Source: an uncultured Eubacteriales bacterium
GTDB lineage: Bacteria > Actinomycetota > Coriobacteriia > Anaerosomatales > CAVRZR01
DNA: 64,000 nucleotides
Direction of reading: 5' to 3'
Assembly: GCA_964354215.1 (NCBI GenBank)
Contig: CAYGYT010000001.1
Coordinates: forward strand, 75,199 to 139,198
The position numbers and the translations under genes were made by a program. The notes under the pieces are model-generated. The model ran no database searches. It was not told the DNA's origin and saw only the letters and a program-made list of their open reading frames with translations. Below, in pieces: positions 48,828-58,048 of this stretch (its first letter is position 1; every line of letters begins with the position of its first letter).

Positions 48828-49487
48828 CTACGTCGTACAGATGAGTTCGTCGAGGCGAGTCTGCCCGGCCTCGCTCACGTTCACGAACAGCCGGTCTCCC
48901 AGCCCTACTTCGTAGCCCGGTGGCGGGAGTAGGGCTTTCCCGTCCTGCACGATGGCAGCGATGCGCAGGTCGTTCGGCACCTCGATCTCGCTGAGCCTCC
49001 GGCCGACGAACGCCGCGGGTGCGTCGATCTCCATCATCCGTACGCTCCCGTCGCCGAACCGGTACTCACTGCGCGCCTCGGGGTGAGTGATCATGCCGAG
49101 GATCTGCTCGCAGGTCCAGTCCACGCTCGATATCGTGCGTATGCCGAGTCCCCGGTAGATGATCGCGCGGGTGGGGTCGTAGATGCGCGCCACCACGTTC
49201 GGCACGTGGTAGTGGTCGCGTGCGATGCGGGCACTCACCACGTTGCTGTTGTCTCCGCTCGTGACAGCGGCAAACACGTGCGCCGTCTCGATGCCGGCGA
49301 GCTCGAGGACTTCCCTGTCGAACACCTCGCCTGTGAACTTCAACCCGCGGATGTCGTCCTCGATCTCCTCGAGCACGGTCTCGTCACGGTCTACGACGGA
49401 GACCGTGTGGCCCTCGGCTTCAAGGACGTGCGCGAGGTAGCGACCAACGCGTCCGTACCCTCCGATCACGACATGCAGCTCGCTCAT
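48828..49487 (-). CDS. TrkA-family K+ transport regulatory protein (RCK N+C domains)
   Basis: Trimmed to the ATG at 49487 (MSELHVVIGGYGRVGRYLAHVL). RBS GGGAGAAG. Confidence 0.85.
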   Translation of the reverse strand: MSELHVVIGGYGRVGRYLAHVLEAEGHTVSVVDRDETVLEEIEDDIRGLKFTGEVFDREVLELAGIETAHVFAAVTSGDNSNVVSARIARDHYHVPNVVARIYDPTRAIIYRGLGIRTISSVDWTCEQILGMITHPEARSEYRFGDGSVRMMEIDAPAAFVGRRLSEIEVPNDLRIAAIVQDGKALLPPPGYEVGLGDRLFVNVSEAGQTRLDELICTT

Positions 49488-49701
49488 CCGGCTTCTCCCT
49501 GCAACGTGCGACGGCGCCCCCGACTGCGTCGTCGGCCTCACCTGTGGATGCGTCAATCACTATACCCGCCTCTTCACGATGCCCAACGCCATGTCGTCGA
49601 CACGGGGTGTCAAGCGGGTTCACGCCGCGGTGGCTGGGAGCAGGCGTGTACGGCACGCGCGCCTGTGTGGGTAGGAACAACCGTGGTAGAGGGAGTCGCC
49701 C

Positions 49702-50409
49702 ATGCGCATCCACGGAATCCAGCACGTCCCGTTCGAGGATATGGCGCTCATCGCCGACTGGGCGCGGGAGCGCGGTCACGAGGTCGCGACCACGCTGGCG
49801 CGCACGGAGCAGTTCCCTGTTGTGGACACGTTCGATTGGCTCGTTATCATCGGCGGTCCGATGGCCGCCGATGATGAGACCGGCAATCCCTGGCTGCCAG
49901 GCGAGAAGGCGTTCGTGGCATCTGCCATCGAGGCCGGCCGCATGGTGCTGGGCGTGTGTCTCGGCGCGCAGATCGTCGCCGAGGTCATCGGCGGCGTTGT
50001 TCGTCGCAATCCCGAGAAGGAGATCGGCTGGTGGCCCGTGCAGGTTGGCGCGGCAGGCTGCATGTCGCCTGTCTTCAGCGTTCTCCCGCCCGAGTTCGTG
50101 GCCTGCCACTGGCATTCGGACACGTTCCTGTTGCCGGAGGGGTTGAGCACGGCGATGTGGAGCGAGGCATGCGCGAATCAGGCGTTCGAGTACTCGGATC
50201 GAGTCTGGGGCCTGCAGTTCCACCTGGAGTGGGACGAGCCGGCCGTGCGCGCACTCGTCGAACGTTGCGGCGACGAACTGGCAGGAGGACGATACGTCCA
50301 GCGAGCCGAGCAGCTTCTCGGCGACCTGGCGCGCTTCGCTGAGAGCCGGCAGCTCCTGTGGCTCATGCTTGACGCGATGGAACACGTAGGGCCAGGGACG
50401 TGCCCGTAG
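49702..50409 (+). CDS. class I glutamine amidotransferase-like protein
   Basis: Nucleophile elbow LGVCLGAQ and a downstream QFHLE His/Glu pair. 235 aa. Confidence 0.8.
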   Translation: MRIHGIQHVPFEDMALIADWARERGHEVATTLARTEQFPVVDTFDWLVIIGGPMAADDETGNPWLPGEKAFVASAIEAGRMVLGVCLGAQIVAEVIGGVVRRNPEKEIGWWPVQVGAAGCMSPVFSVLPPEFVACHWHSDTFLLPEGLSTAMWSEACANQAFEYSDRVWGLQFHLEWDEPAVRALVERCGDELAGGRYVQRAEQLLGDLARFAESRQLLWLMLDAMEHVGPGTCP

Positions 50410-50538
50410 AACGCGTCGGGGAGCGGGACGCCAGGGTGCCCTTCTTGTGGATGACGATCCCCTCTGCATCGACAAACCTGCAACATCGGGGTATGCACAC
50501 AGAGTCACGTACTCTCGCCTCGCGTTGGGGGGAACACG

Positions 50539-51492
50539 GTGAGCGACACAGGTAATGGACTCGTGCTCGACTGCCGGGACCTGCGCAAGACCTTCGGCGA
50601 CCTCGTTGCCGTGGACGGCGTGGGGTTCTCCATCGCCGAGGGCGAGACGTACGGACTTCTGGGGCCCAACGGTGCCGGCAAGACCACGTCGATCTCGATG
50701 ATCTGCGGTCTTCTTGAGCGCGACGCCGGCGAGGTCATCATCGACGGGGAACCGCTCACGACCAGGAGCGTGGGAGTGAAGCGCGCCGTCGGGTACGTAC
50801 CGCAGGACATCGCGATCTACCCGGATCTCACTGCACGCGAGAACCTCATGTTCTTCGGGCGTCTCTACGGGCTGCCCGGTAGCGAGATCAAGGGCCGCGT
50901 AGACGAGGTGCTCGAGACCATCGGCCTGGCGGACAGGGCCAAGGAGAAATCGGACAACTTCTCAGGCGGCATGAAGCGCCGCTTGAACATCGGCATAGGG
51001 CTGCTACACAAGCCGCACCTCCTCGTACTGGACGAGCCGACCGTGGGCGTGGACCCGCAGAGCAGAAACGCGATCCTGGAAAGCGTCGAGATGCTCTCGA
51101 ATCAGGGGATGGGCGTCCTCTACACCACTCACTACATGGAGGAAGCCGAGCGGCTCTGCGATCGCGTGGGCATCATCGATCACGGCAAGATCGTCGCCGA
51201 AGGCACCCGCCGCGAGCTCGTCGAGCTGGTAGGTCAGCACGACCGCATCAACCTCAAGGCGAGCGGCCATCTCGAGGCGGCCGCCGAAGCCACGAGGGGT
51301 GCGGACGGCGTGCTCGAGGTGGGCGTGCTAGATGACGGCCTGGACGTGATCGCCGATTGCGCGGCCGACGCGCTCACCGGGATACTCGCCAAGGTCGCGG
51401 GTGCGGGCGCGGCGGTGAGCAGCGTCGATGTCGAAGAACCCAACCTTGAGGCCGTGTTCCTGCATCTGACCGGCCGGGCCTTGCGAGACTGA
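50539..51492 (+). CDS. ABC transporter ATP-binding protein (ABC-2/DrrA-like)
   Basis: GTG start. Walker A GPNGAGKTT, signature FSGGMKRRL, Walker B LLVLDEPT. Confidence 0.9.
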   Translation: MSDTGNGLVLDCRDLRKTFGDLVAVDGVGFSIAEGETYGLLGPNGAGKTTSISMICGLLERDAGEVIIDGEPLTTRSVGVKRAVGYVPQDIAIYPDLTARENLMFFGRLYGLPGSEIKGRVDEVLETIGLADRAKEKSDNFSGGMKRRLNIGIGLLHKPHLLVLDEPTVGVDPQSRNAILESVEMLSNQGMGVLYTTHYMEEAERLCDRVGIIDHGKIVAEGTRRELVELVGQHDRINLKASGHLEAAAEATRGADGVLEVGVLDDGLDVIADCAADALTGILAKVAGAGAAVSSVDVEEPNLEAVFLHLTGRALRD

Positions 51493-51493
51493 C

Positions 51494-52702
51494 GTGAGAG
51501 CCGCACTCCTCATCTTGGGTAAAGACCTGCGCATGCGGCTGCGCGACAAGTCGGCGTTCATCTACGGCATCGTCGCTCCACTTGGGCTCGCGTTCGTCTT
51601 CAGCTTCATCCTGAACCCCATCCAGAGCTCGACCTTCAGCGCGGAGTACGTCGTCGTCGACCAGGACGGCGGGCAGATAGCGCAGGCCTTCGGCGGGGTG
51701 CTGAAGGGCCTGGAGAAGGAGGACATCGCGAAAGTCCGGACGGTGAGCACCGTCGCCGAGGCCAGGAAGCAAGTCGAGGCGGGCTCAGACGCGTTCGCGA
51801 GCGGTGCCGAAGGCCCCAAGGCCGACGCCGCGTTCGTGATCCCTGCGGGGTTGTCAGAAAGCGTGCAGTCTGGTCGGGGTGGCGAGATCACGGTGATCGG
51901 AGCGGCCGGTTCCGACCTCGCGGCCCAGGTCGCCTACTCGGTAGCACAGGGCTTCGCGGCCGAACTCGGAGCGGTCGAGGTCGCCGTGAGAACGGCGATG
52001 CCCGCTGGCGGTCCGCCCGACCCCGCGGCGATAGGCAAGCTTTCCGCAGCCGCCGCGCAGACCAAGAATCCCATCGTGGTCAAGGACGTCAGCGCCGCGA
52101 CCAAGCAGCTCGATCAGACGACCTACATGGCCGCGGGCATGGCCATCTTCTTCCTATTCTTCACGGTCTCGTTCGGCGTGAGCGGCTTGCTGGAGGAGCG
52201 GCGCATCGGGACCATGGACAGGCTGCTCGCCGCGCCGATAGGGCCGACCGCGATTATCGTCGGCAAGATGCTCACCTCGTTCGTGCTCGGCATCGTCAGC
52301 ATGACCGTGCTAGTCGTAGCTTCGACCCTGCTGATGGGCGCGGATTGGGGCAATCCCGTGGGCGTGGGGATGCTGATCGTGGCGGCCGTCATCTCTGCGA
52401 TGGGCATCCTGGCTGTGGTAGGCGCCGCGGCGAAGACACAGGACCAGGCGGGGAGCTTCCAAGCGATCATCTCGCTCGTACTGGCCTTCCTGGGCGGCAC
52501 CTTCTTCTCGATCTCGCAGGCAGGAGGCTTCATCGCAAGCCTGAGTCTGTTCACGCCCCACGCGTGGTTCCTACGCGGACTCGGCGACCTGCAGGGGGGC
52601 GATGTGAGTTCGGTGCTGCCCGCGGTGCTCGTGCTGCTCGCGTTCGGGTTCGTCACTGGTGCGATAGCGTGGCCGTTCCTTCGAAGGGCGGTCCAGCGAT
52701 GA
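51494..52702 (+). CDS. ABC-2 type transporter permease
   Basis: 402 aa. N-terminal TM, an extracytoplasmic loop, and a C-terminal 5-TM ABC-2 membrane domain. Follows the ATPase gene with a 1-nt gap. Confidence 0.8.
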   Translation: MRAALLILGKDLRMRLRDKSAFIYGIVAPLGLAFVFSFILNPIQSSTFSAEYVVVDQDGGQIAQAFGGVLKGLEKEDIAKVRTVSTVAEARKQVEAGSDAFASGAEGPKADAAFVIPAGLSESVQSGRGGEITVIGAAGSDLAAQVAYSVAQGFAAELGAVEVAVRTAMPAGGPPDPAAIGKLSAAAAQTKNPIVVKDVSAATKQLDQTTYMAAGMAIFFLFFTVSFGVSGLLEERRIGTMDRLLAAPIGPTAIIVGKMLTSFVLGIVSMTVLVVASTLLMGADWGNPVGVGMLIVAAVISAMGILAVVGAAAKTQDQAGSFQAIISLVLAFLGGTFFSISQAGGFIASLSLFTPHAWFLRGLGDLQGGDVSSVLPAVLVLLAFGFVTGAIAWPFLRRAVQR

Positions 52703-53868
52703 AGATCCTGGTCATAGCGGGAACGAGCATCCGTCGACTGCTGCGCGACCGCAGCAACATCTTCTTCGTCTTCCTGATGCCGCTGCTCTTGATACTCATC
52801 TTGGGGGCAGCTTTCGGCGGTAGTGGCGATTCGCGTATTGGTTTCGTAGCGGTCGGCGGCGGAGAGCTGGCGAAGGACCTGAGGGGGCGCATCGCGGCCG
52901 CCGAGGGCGTCGCCGTACGGGACTTCGACGACCCCGATGCCGTCATCCTCGCCGTGGAGCGTGGGCAGCTTGAAGCGGCCGTCATCCTCCCCGACGGCTA
53001 CGACACGTCGCTGCGCGGCGGCGAAGGCGTGACAGTGAAGTTCGTGGCGTCGCCCGACGCGTCGGCTCAAGCGCTCAAGAACACGGTGCAGTCCGCCGTG
53101 ACCGAGCAGGGAGCCGTCCTCAGGGCGGCGGCGTTCGCGACGACACAGGGTGCTGTCGACTTCTCGGGCGCCCTGGCCAACGCCGAGAAGAACACCAAGA
53201 CGGTCGTCGGTCTCAAGATCGAGCAGTCGACGGTGGGCGAGCCGTTCGCGTTCAGTCAGTTGGGCCGCTTCGAGCTCGGTGCGTACTCGCAGTTGCTGCT
53301 GTTCGTGTTCCTTACGTCCATGACCGGCTCGACCGCGTTGATCCAATCGCGCCAGCTGGGCGTATCCAGGCGGATGCTTTCGACTCCGACTCCGGTGCGG
53401 ACGATTCTCCTCGGAGAGGCACTCGGCCGGCTCGGCGTGGCCCTGGTGCAGGGCCTGCTCATCATCGTGGGGACCGCTATCTTCTTCGGAGTGGACTGGG
53501 GCGACCCGCTCGGGGCTTCCGCTACCTTCCTTCTATTCTCGCTTGGCGCCGCGGGGGTCGGCATGCTGATGGGCGCCGTCTTTGCGAACGACCAGCAGGC
53601 AGGCGGTCTTGGCGTGATGCTCGGCATCGGGCTGGGCGCGCTCGGCGGATGCATGATTCCGCTGGCCATCATGAAGATCTTCTCGCCCACGCTGTGGCAG
53701 GTGGCCCACATCACTCCGCACGCCTGGGGGATCGAGGCCTTCGAGGAGCTCATCCTACGAAACGGGACGATTGCCGACATCACGCTGGAGCTCGCCATCC
53801 TCGCGGCGTTTGCTGCGGTCGTGTTCGCGCTTGGAGCGTGGCGGTTGCGAGCGTCGCTCACGCGATAG
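52699..53868 (+). CDS. ABC-2 type transporter permease (second subunit)
   Basis: Trimmed to the ATG at 52699 (ATGA overlap with the previous stop). MKILVIAGTSIRRLLRDRSNIFFVFLMPLLLILILG..., same architecture as its neighbour. Confidence 0.8.
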   Translation: MKILVIAGTSIRRLLRDRSNIFFVFLMPLLLILILGAAFGGSGDSRIGFVAVGGGELAKDLRGRIAAAEGVAVRDFDDPDAVILAVERGQLEAAVILPDGYDTSLRGGEGVTVKFVASPDASAQALKNTVQSAVTEQGAVLRAAAFATTQGAVDFSGALANAEKNTKTVVGLKIEQSTVGEPFAFSQLGRFELGAYSQLLLFVFLTSMTGSTALIQSRQLGVSRRMLSTPTPVRTILLGEALGRLGVALVQGLLIIVGTAIFFGVDWGDPLGASATFLLFSLGAAGVGMLMGAVFANDQQAGGLGVMLGIGLGALGGCMIPLAIMKIFSPTLWQVAHITPHAWGIEAFEELILRNGTIADITLELAILAAFAAVVFALGAWRLRASLTR

Positions 53869-53951
53869 AGCAGCGGGGTCGTCCGCCGCGTGCTGCAGAC
53901 AGCATGCGTCGGTGTAGGATGCTGGAAGCGCCGCCGATCGAGCGGCGCGCT

Positions 53952-54551
53952 ATGGGAGGAGGCCGGGTGTACTACAACGACAACTACGACCCGAGTACCA
54001 TCTGGGCCGCGCTGGGCACCTACTTCGCGTGCGTGCTCATCTTCGCGGTCGTCATCTTCGCGCTCATGGTGGTGGCCTACTGGAAGATCCTTCAGAAGGC
54101 AGGCTACAACGGAGCCTGGGCTCTTCTCGTGCTGGTCCCGGGTATCAACGGCATCGCCAGCCTCGCCATCCTGCTCTTCCTGGCCTTCTCCGACTGGCCT
54201 GCGCTCCGGGCGCCCGCTCGCGGTGCAGTCTACATTCCGCCGCCGGCCTATCCGGCGTCGCCTCCACCGCCGGGCCCCGGCTACACTCCTCCGGGATATG
54301 CCCCGCCCCCGCCGCCGATGGCTCAGGCGCCCGCCCCCGCCGCCGCGCCACCAATGGCGCCGCCGCCCGTGGCAGCCGAACCTGCGCCTGCGGCAGCCGA
54401 GCCGGCGCCCGCCGCTCCGTCCGTGGCAGCCGAGCCGCCGCCCGTGGCAGCCGAGCCGGCGTCCGCCGCCGAGTCCGCACCCCCGGTTTCGGAGCCCCCG
54501 GCCGAACCTCCGCTGGAGCCACCTGCGCCGCCTTCAGAGCCCACTGCATAG
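53952..54551 (+). CDS. small membrane protein (DUF5684-like N-terminal 2-3 TM domain) with a Pro/Ala-rich repetitive tail
   Basis: Trimmed to the ATG at 53952. YWKILQKAGYNGAWALLVLVPGIN pattern. The C-terminal half is PPPAYPASPPPPGPGYTPPGYAPPPPP followed by (V)AAEPxP repeats. Confidence 0.6.
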   Translation: MGGGRVYYNDNYDPSTIWAALGTYFACVLIFAVVIFALMVVAYWKILQKAGYNGAWALLVLVPGINGIASLAILLFLAFSDWPALRAPARGAVYIPPPAYPASPPPPGPGYTPPGYAPPPPPMAQAPAPAAAPPMAPPPVAAEPAPAAAEPAPAAPSVAAEPPPVAAEPASAAESAPPVSEPPAEPPLEPPAPPSEPTA

Positions 54552-54557
54552 GAAAGG

Positions 54558-55436
54558 ATGGACTGGCGCAGGCAGCCACGCGTTTGGTTCTCAATAGCCG
54601 TCGCCCTGCTCCTCTGGGCGGCGGCTTTTGCCGGAATCCGCGCTGGCCTCAAGAGCTACGGTCCAGGTCAGGTTGCGCTGCTGCGCTTCGGTACCGCATC
54701 CGTCGCGCTCGCCATCTACGCGCTCCTTACACGCATGCGCCCTCCCGATCGCAGGGACTTGGCGGTAGTGGCTCTCGCGGGGTTCCTCGGCATCACCGTG
54801 TACCACGTGGCGCTCAACTACGGCGAGCAGACTGTTCAGGCCGGAGCGGCCGCGCTGCTCATCTCCACGAGCCCGGTCTTCACGGCCATGTTCTCTACTC
54901 GATTCCTGGGGGAGCGGCTCACGACGTGGGGCTGGGCCGGCATTCTCGTCGCCTTCGCCGGGGCGGTTGTCATCGCGTTCGCGCAGGGCGTCGGCGTCTC
55001 GTTCAATGCCGATGCGCTGCTGATACTGGTCGCGGCTGTCGCGACGTCGCTTTACTTCATCGTCTCGAAGCCGCCGCTGAGGAGGTACACGGCCCTCGAA
55101 TTCACGACATACGCGATCTGGGCGGGCACGATCCCTCTGCTCGTCTTTCTGCCGGGGCTGGTGGAGCAGATACCCGAGGCGCTGCCTTCGTCGACGATCG
55201 CGGTGCTCTTCCTCGGCATCTTCCCCGGGGCCATCTCGTACGTCCTGTGGTCGTACGCGCTCTCGAAGATGCCTGCGACCGTGCTATCGACGTTCCTCTA
55301 CTTCCAGCCGGTGAACGCTGCCGTGATCGCGTGGCTGTGGCTTGGCGAGATACCCACGCTGCTCACGTTTGTCGGCGGCGCCGTGTCGCTCACGGGCGTC
55401 GCTATCGTCAACAGAAAGGGGTCCGTGCGTGAGTGA
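54558..55436 (+). CDS. DMT-superfamily (EamA-like) transporter
   Basis: 292 aa, 10 hydrophobic segments in two EamA-like halves. Confidence 0.85.
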   Translation: MDWRRQPRVWFSIAVALLLWAAAFAGIRAGLKSYGPGQVALLRFGTASVALAIYALLTRMRPPDRRDLAVVALAGFLGITVYHVALNYGEQTVQAGAAALLISTSPVFTAMFSTRFLGERLTTWGWAGILVAFAGAVVIAFAQGVGVSFNADALLILVAAVATSLYFIVSKPPLRRYTALEFTTYAIWAGTIPLLVFLPGLVEQIPEALPSSTIAVLFLGIFPGAISYVLWSYALSKMPATVLSTFLYFQPVNAAVIAWLWLGEIPTLLTFVGGAVSLTGVAIVNRKGSVRE

Positions 55437-55929
55437 ATGGCGAATTCAGCACGTCACCGACGAGACTCCCGACTTGATCGAGGCAGTTCGGGAGCTCTTC
55501 CGCGAGTACCACACGTGGCTCGGCGAGGTCGTGTGTTCCGTGCGCCTCGCCGAGGAGATCGAGTCGCTTCCTGGTCCGTACTCGCCGCCGGAAGGCCGCC
55601 TGCTCCTCGCGATCACGCCTGCCGAGGAACCCGCAGGTGTCGTGGGAGTCCGCCCGTTCGACGGGACTCAGTGCGAGATCAAGCGGCTGTACGTGCGGCC
55701 CGGATTCCGGGGCAGCGGTCTTGGCCGGCGCCTCGCCGAGGCAGCGATAGCCTCGGCCGCCGAACTCGGATACGCCCAAGCGCTCCTGACGACCTTGCCG
55801 GGGACGATGGCGCCAGCTCTCGCCCTCTACCGTCGCTTGGGCTTCGCCGAGACTGACCCGTTCATAGACCACAGCCACGTGGAGGAAGGCGCCGAGATGC
55901 TCTATATGCGCCGGCCACTCGGCGTTTAG
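55429..55929 (+). CDS. GNAT family N-acetyltransferase
   Basis: GTG start at 55429, overlapping the EamA stop by 8 nt. Acetyl-CoA motif RLYVRPGFRGSGLGRRLAE. Confidence 0.85.
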   Translation: MSEWRIQHVTDETPDLIEAVRELFREYHTWLGEVVCSVRLAEEIESLPGPYSPPEGRLLLAITPAEEPAGVVGVRPFDGTQCEIKRLYVRPGFRGSGLGRRLAEAAIASAAELGYAQALLTTLPGTMAPALALYRRLGFAETDPFIDHSHVEEGAEMLYMRRPLGV

Positions 55930-55943
55930 TCTCGCGCGGGGGA

Positions 55944-56222
55944 TCAGGACCGCGCGCCGAATCCCGGGAGGCCCTCAGGTTCCTCGTCGGTCACCTCAAC
56001 CGATGTGACGATCGCCCGATCGGGCCCTCGGCGAGTCCATGCAACTGCGGCATCGACCGCGCTCTCAGGCCCTTCGAACACCGCCTCGACGCGGCCGTCC
56101 GGCAGGTTCCGCACCCAGCCGGCCAGTCCAAGGGCGGCCGCTTCGCGCTGCGTGCTCGCTCGGTAGAAGACCCCCTGCACCACGCCGTCGACGACCACTC
56201 GTTTGCGGACGATATCGCGCAT
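55944..56222 (-). CDS. acyP: acylphosphatase
   Basis: Trimmed to the ATG at 56222 (RBS GGAGGTGGG). VDGVVQGVFYRASTQREA..LGLAGWVRNLPDGRVE is the classic acylphosphatase signature. Confidence 0.9.
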   Translation of the reverse strand: MRDIVRKRVVVDGVVQGVFYRASTQREAAALGLAGWVRNLPDGRVEAVFEGPESAVDAAVAWTRRGPDRAIVTSVEVTDEEPEGLPGFGARS

Positions 56223-56393
56223 CCCACCTCCACGGCAGCAGCCCTGGTCCTTGCCCCCGTCCGAGTCTAGCATCCGGCAGTCTGAGGACGCGGCTATCCC
56301 GAGCATCACGGTAGGTCTGACGTGCTACGATACCGTCCGGCGCCGTCCAGTGGGAAGGCAGCGGGCGGCGGCACACCGCACACGGGAGAGGCC

Positions 56394-57077
56394 ATGGAGA
56401 CGACCGCCAACCGCAGAGCGATGAAGCCGAAGCGCGTCGTGCACGAGTACTCGGTCGGCGAGGAAGTCGCGAACAGCATCATCCACGGCATCGGCGTGCT
56501 GCTCAGCATAGTTGGGCTCACGATCCTGGTTGTCTTCGGCTCCATGTCGCATGATGGCTGGAAACTCGCGAGTGGTATCGTCTACGGCGTTTCGCTCGTG
56601 CTCGAGTACACCGCGTCGACGCTCTACCACAGCCTGCCGTGGGAGAAGGCGAAACACGTCTTCAAGATCTTCGACCACTGCGGCATCTACCTGCTGATCG
56701 CCGGCACCTACACGCCGTTCACCCTCGTCACACTGCGTGATCAGGGTGGCTGGAAGCTCTTCGTGCTCGTGTGGCTGATCGCCGTCGTCGGCATCTCGGT
56801 CGAGTCGTTCTGGGTGTATCGACCGCGCTGGGTGTCCGCGCTCACCTACCTCGCCATGGGCTGGCTCGTCGTGCTCGCAATCAAGCCGCTCACCGCCGCG
56901 CTTCCGGCGGCGGGTCTGTGGCTGCTCGTCGCAGGTGGTCTGGCGTACACGCTCGGCACGATCTTCTACGTGCTCAAGACGGTGCCGTACATGCATGCGG
57001 TGTGGCACCTGTTCGTACTCGCAGGAAGCGTGTGCCACTTCCTCGCGGTCGTGTTGTTCGTCATGCTGCCCGTCTAG
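56394..57077 (+). CDS. hemolysin III / PAQR family membrane protein
   Basis: Trimmed to the ATG at 56394. 7 TMs, with motifs EEVANSIIHGIG, YHS, DHCGIYLLIAGTYTPF and HLFVLAGS. Confidence 0.9.
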   Translation: METTANRRAMKPKRVVHEYSVGEEVANSIIHGIGVLLSIVGLTILVVFGSMSHDGWKLASGIVYGVSLVLEYTASTLYHSLPWEKAKHVFKIFDHCGIYLLIAGTYTPFTLVTLRDQGGWKLFVLVWLIAVVGISVESFWVYRPRWVSALTYLAMGWLVVLAIKPLTAALPAAGLWLLVAGGLAYTLGTIFYVLKTVPYMHAVWHLFVLAGSVCHFLAVVLFVMLPV

Positions 57078-57096
57078 GCCCTTGGGAGGACCACCG

Positions 57097-57276
57097 ATGA
57101 GAAGCGTGTTCACGGCCGTGGTGCTCGTCGTCGTGGTGGTGGCACTCGTCTGGGGGGGTCTGCACGTGTTCATACGGGGAATCAATCCGGAGCAGCAGAC
57201 GCCCGAGGGTCATTTCGAAAGCGCGTGTTGGGCGTGTCACTTCGTCAGCGCGAACGCGAAGATCGTCGAGGAGTAG
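57097..57276 (+). CDS. 59-aa membrane-anchored protein with a single CXXCH motif (possible mini c-type cytochrome)
   Basis: ATG at 57097 with GGGAGGA 6 nt upstream. TM AVVLVVVVVALVWGGLHVF followed by ...GHFESACWACHFVSANAKIVEE. Confidence 0.5.
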   Translation: MRSVFTAVVLVVVVVALVWGGLHVFIRGINPEQQTPEGHFESACWACHFVSANAKIVEE

Positions 57277-57289
57277 AACGGGTACTGGG

Positions 57290-58048
57290 CTAGTCGGTGG
57301 ACGGCTTGTCGAGTTCGCCGCTGTTGCTGTAGCCGCGTTGCTCCCAGTACCCCTTGAACGACGTGTCGTTCGACACCTCGATCTCCTTGACCCACTTGAT
57401 CCACTTGTAGCCCCAGCGGTCTTCGGCGACGAGCTGGAAGGGGTAGCCGCGCTCGGGAGGCAGAACGACGCCGTTCATCTTCGACGCGAGGAGGATGTCC
57501 TGTGCGCGCACGTACGCCAGAGGGAGGGACGTCGAGTACCCGTCTACCGCGCGGAAGATGACGACCTTCGCGTCCGCGGCTGCGCCCGCCTGTTCGAGCA
57601 GGTCGACCACGCGCACGCCTTGCCACCAGATGTCGACGCTCCAGCCCTCGACGCAGTTCAATCGCACGACCTTGTCGTAGTTCTGGCGGGCCAGCACTTG
57701 GTCGTAGGTGAGTTTCAGCGGCGTCTGCACGCGCCCGCTGACCTCGAGCCGGTAGGCCTTCGGGTCCACTGACTGCGGCCCCTTGATCGAGTTCTCGGAG
57801 AAGTCCTCTATCGACGAAAGCTTGGCGCCCTGATACTGCCGGACCTCACTCGGATAGAGTCGCTTCGACGGGGTTTGGTCTCTCGGCCCCGTGCCGGTGT
57901 CGTCTACTGCGGAGCAGGCCGCGAGTGCTGCCAGCCCGACCGCGAGCGCGATCGCGCACAGCAGCCGGAGAGCCGTCCGAGTCCGGTCGACCACGGAGTG
58001 CTGCGCGGCCTCGTCACGCTCAAACTGGGGCTGCGGCATCGTTGGCAT
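57290..58048 (-). CDS. molybdopterin-dependent oxidoreductase (sulfite-oxidase/YedY-MsrP fold), predicted lipoprotein
   Basis: Trimmed to the ATG at 58048 (TGATG overlap with the upstream gene). Lipobox LAALAAC. Motifs RLNCVEGWS, ...LASKMNGVVLPPERGYPFQLV...WGYKWIKWVKEIEV. Confidence 0.85.
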   Translation of the reverse strand: MPTMPQPQFERDEAAQHSVVDRTRTALRLLCAIALAVGLAALAACSAVDDTGTGPRDQTPSKRLYPSEVRQYQGAKLSSIEDFSENSIKGPQSVDPKAYRLEVSGRVQTPLKLTYDQVLARQNYDKVVRLNCVEGWSVDIWWQGVRVVDLLEQAGAAADAKVVIFRAVDGYSTSLPLAYVRAQDILLASKMNGVVLPPERGYPFQLVAEDRWGYKWIKWVKEIEVSNDTSFKGYWEQRGYSNSGELDKPSTD

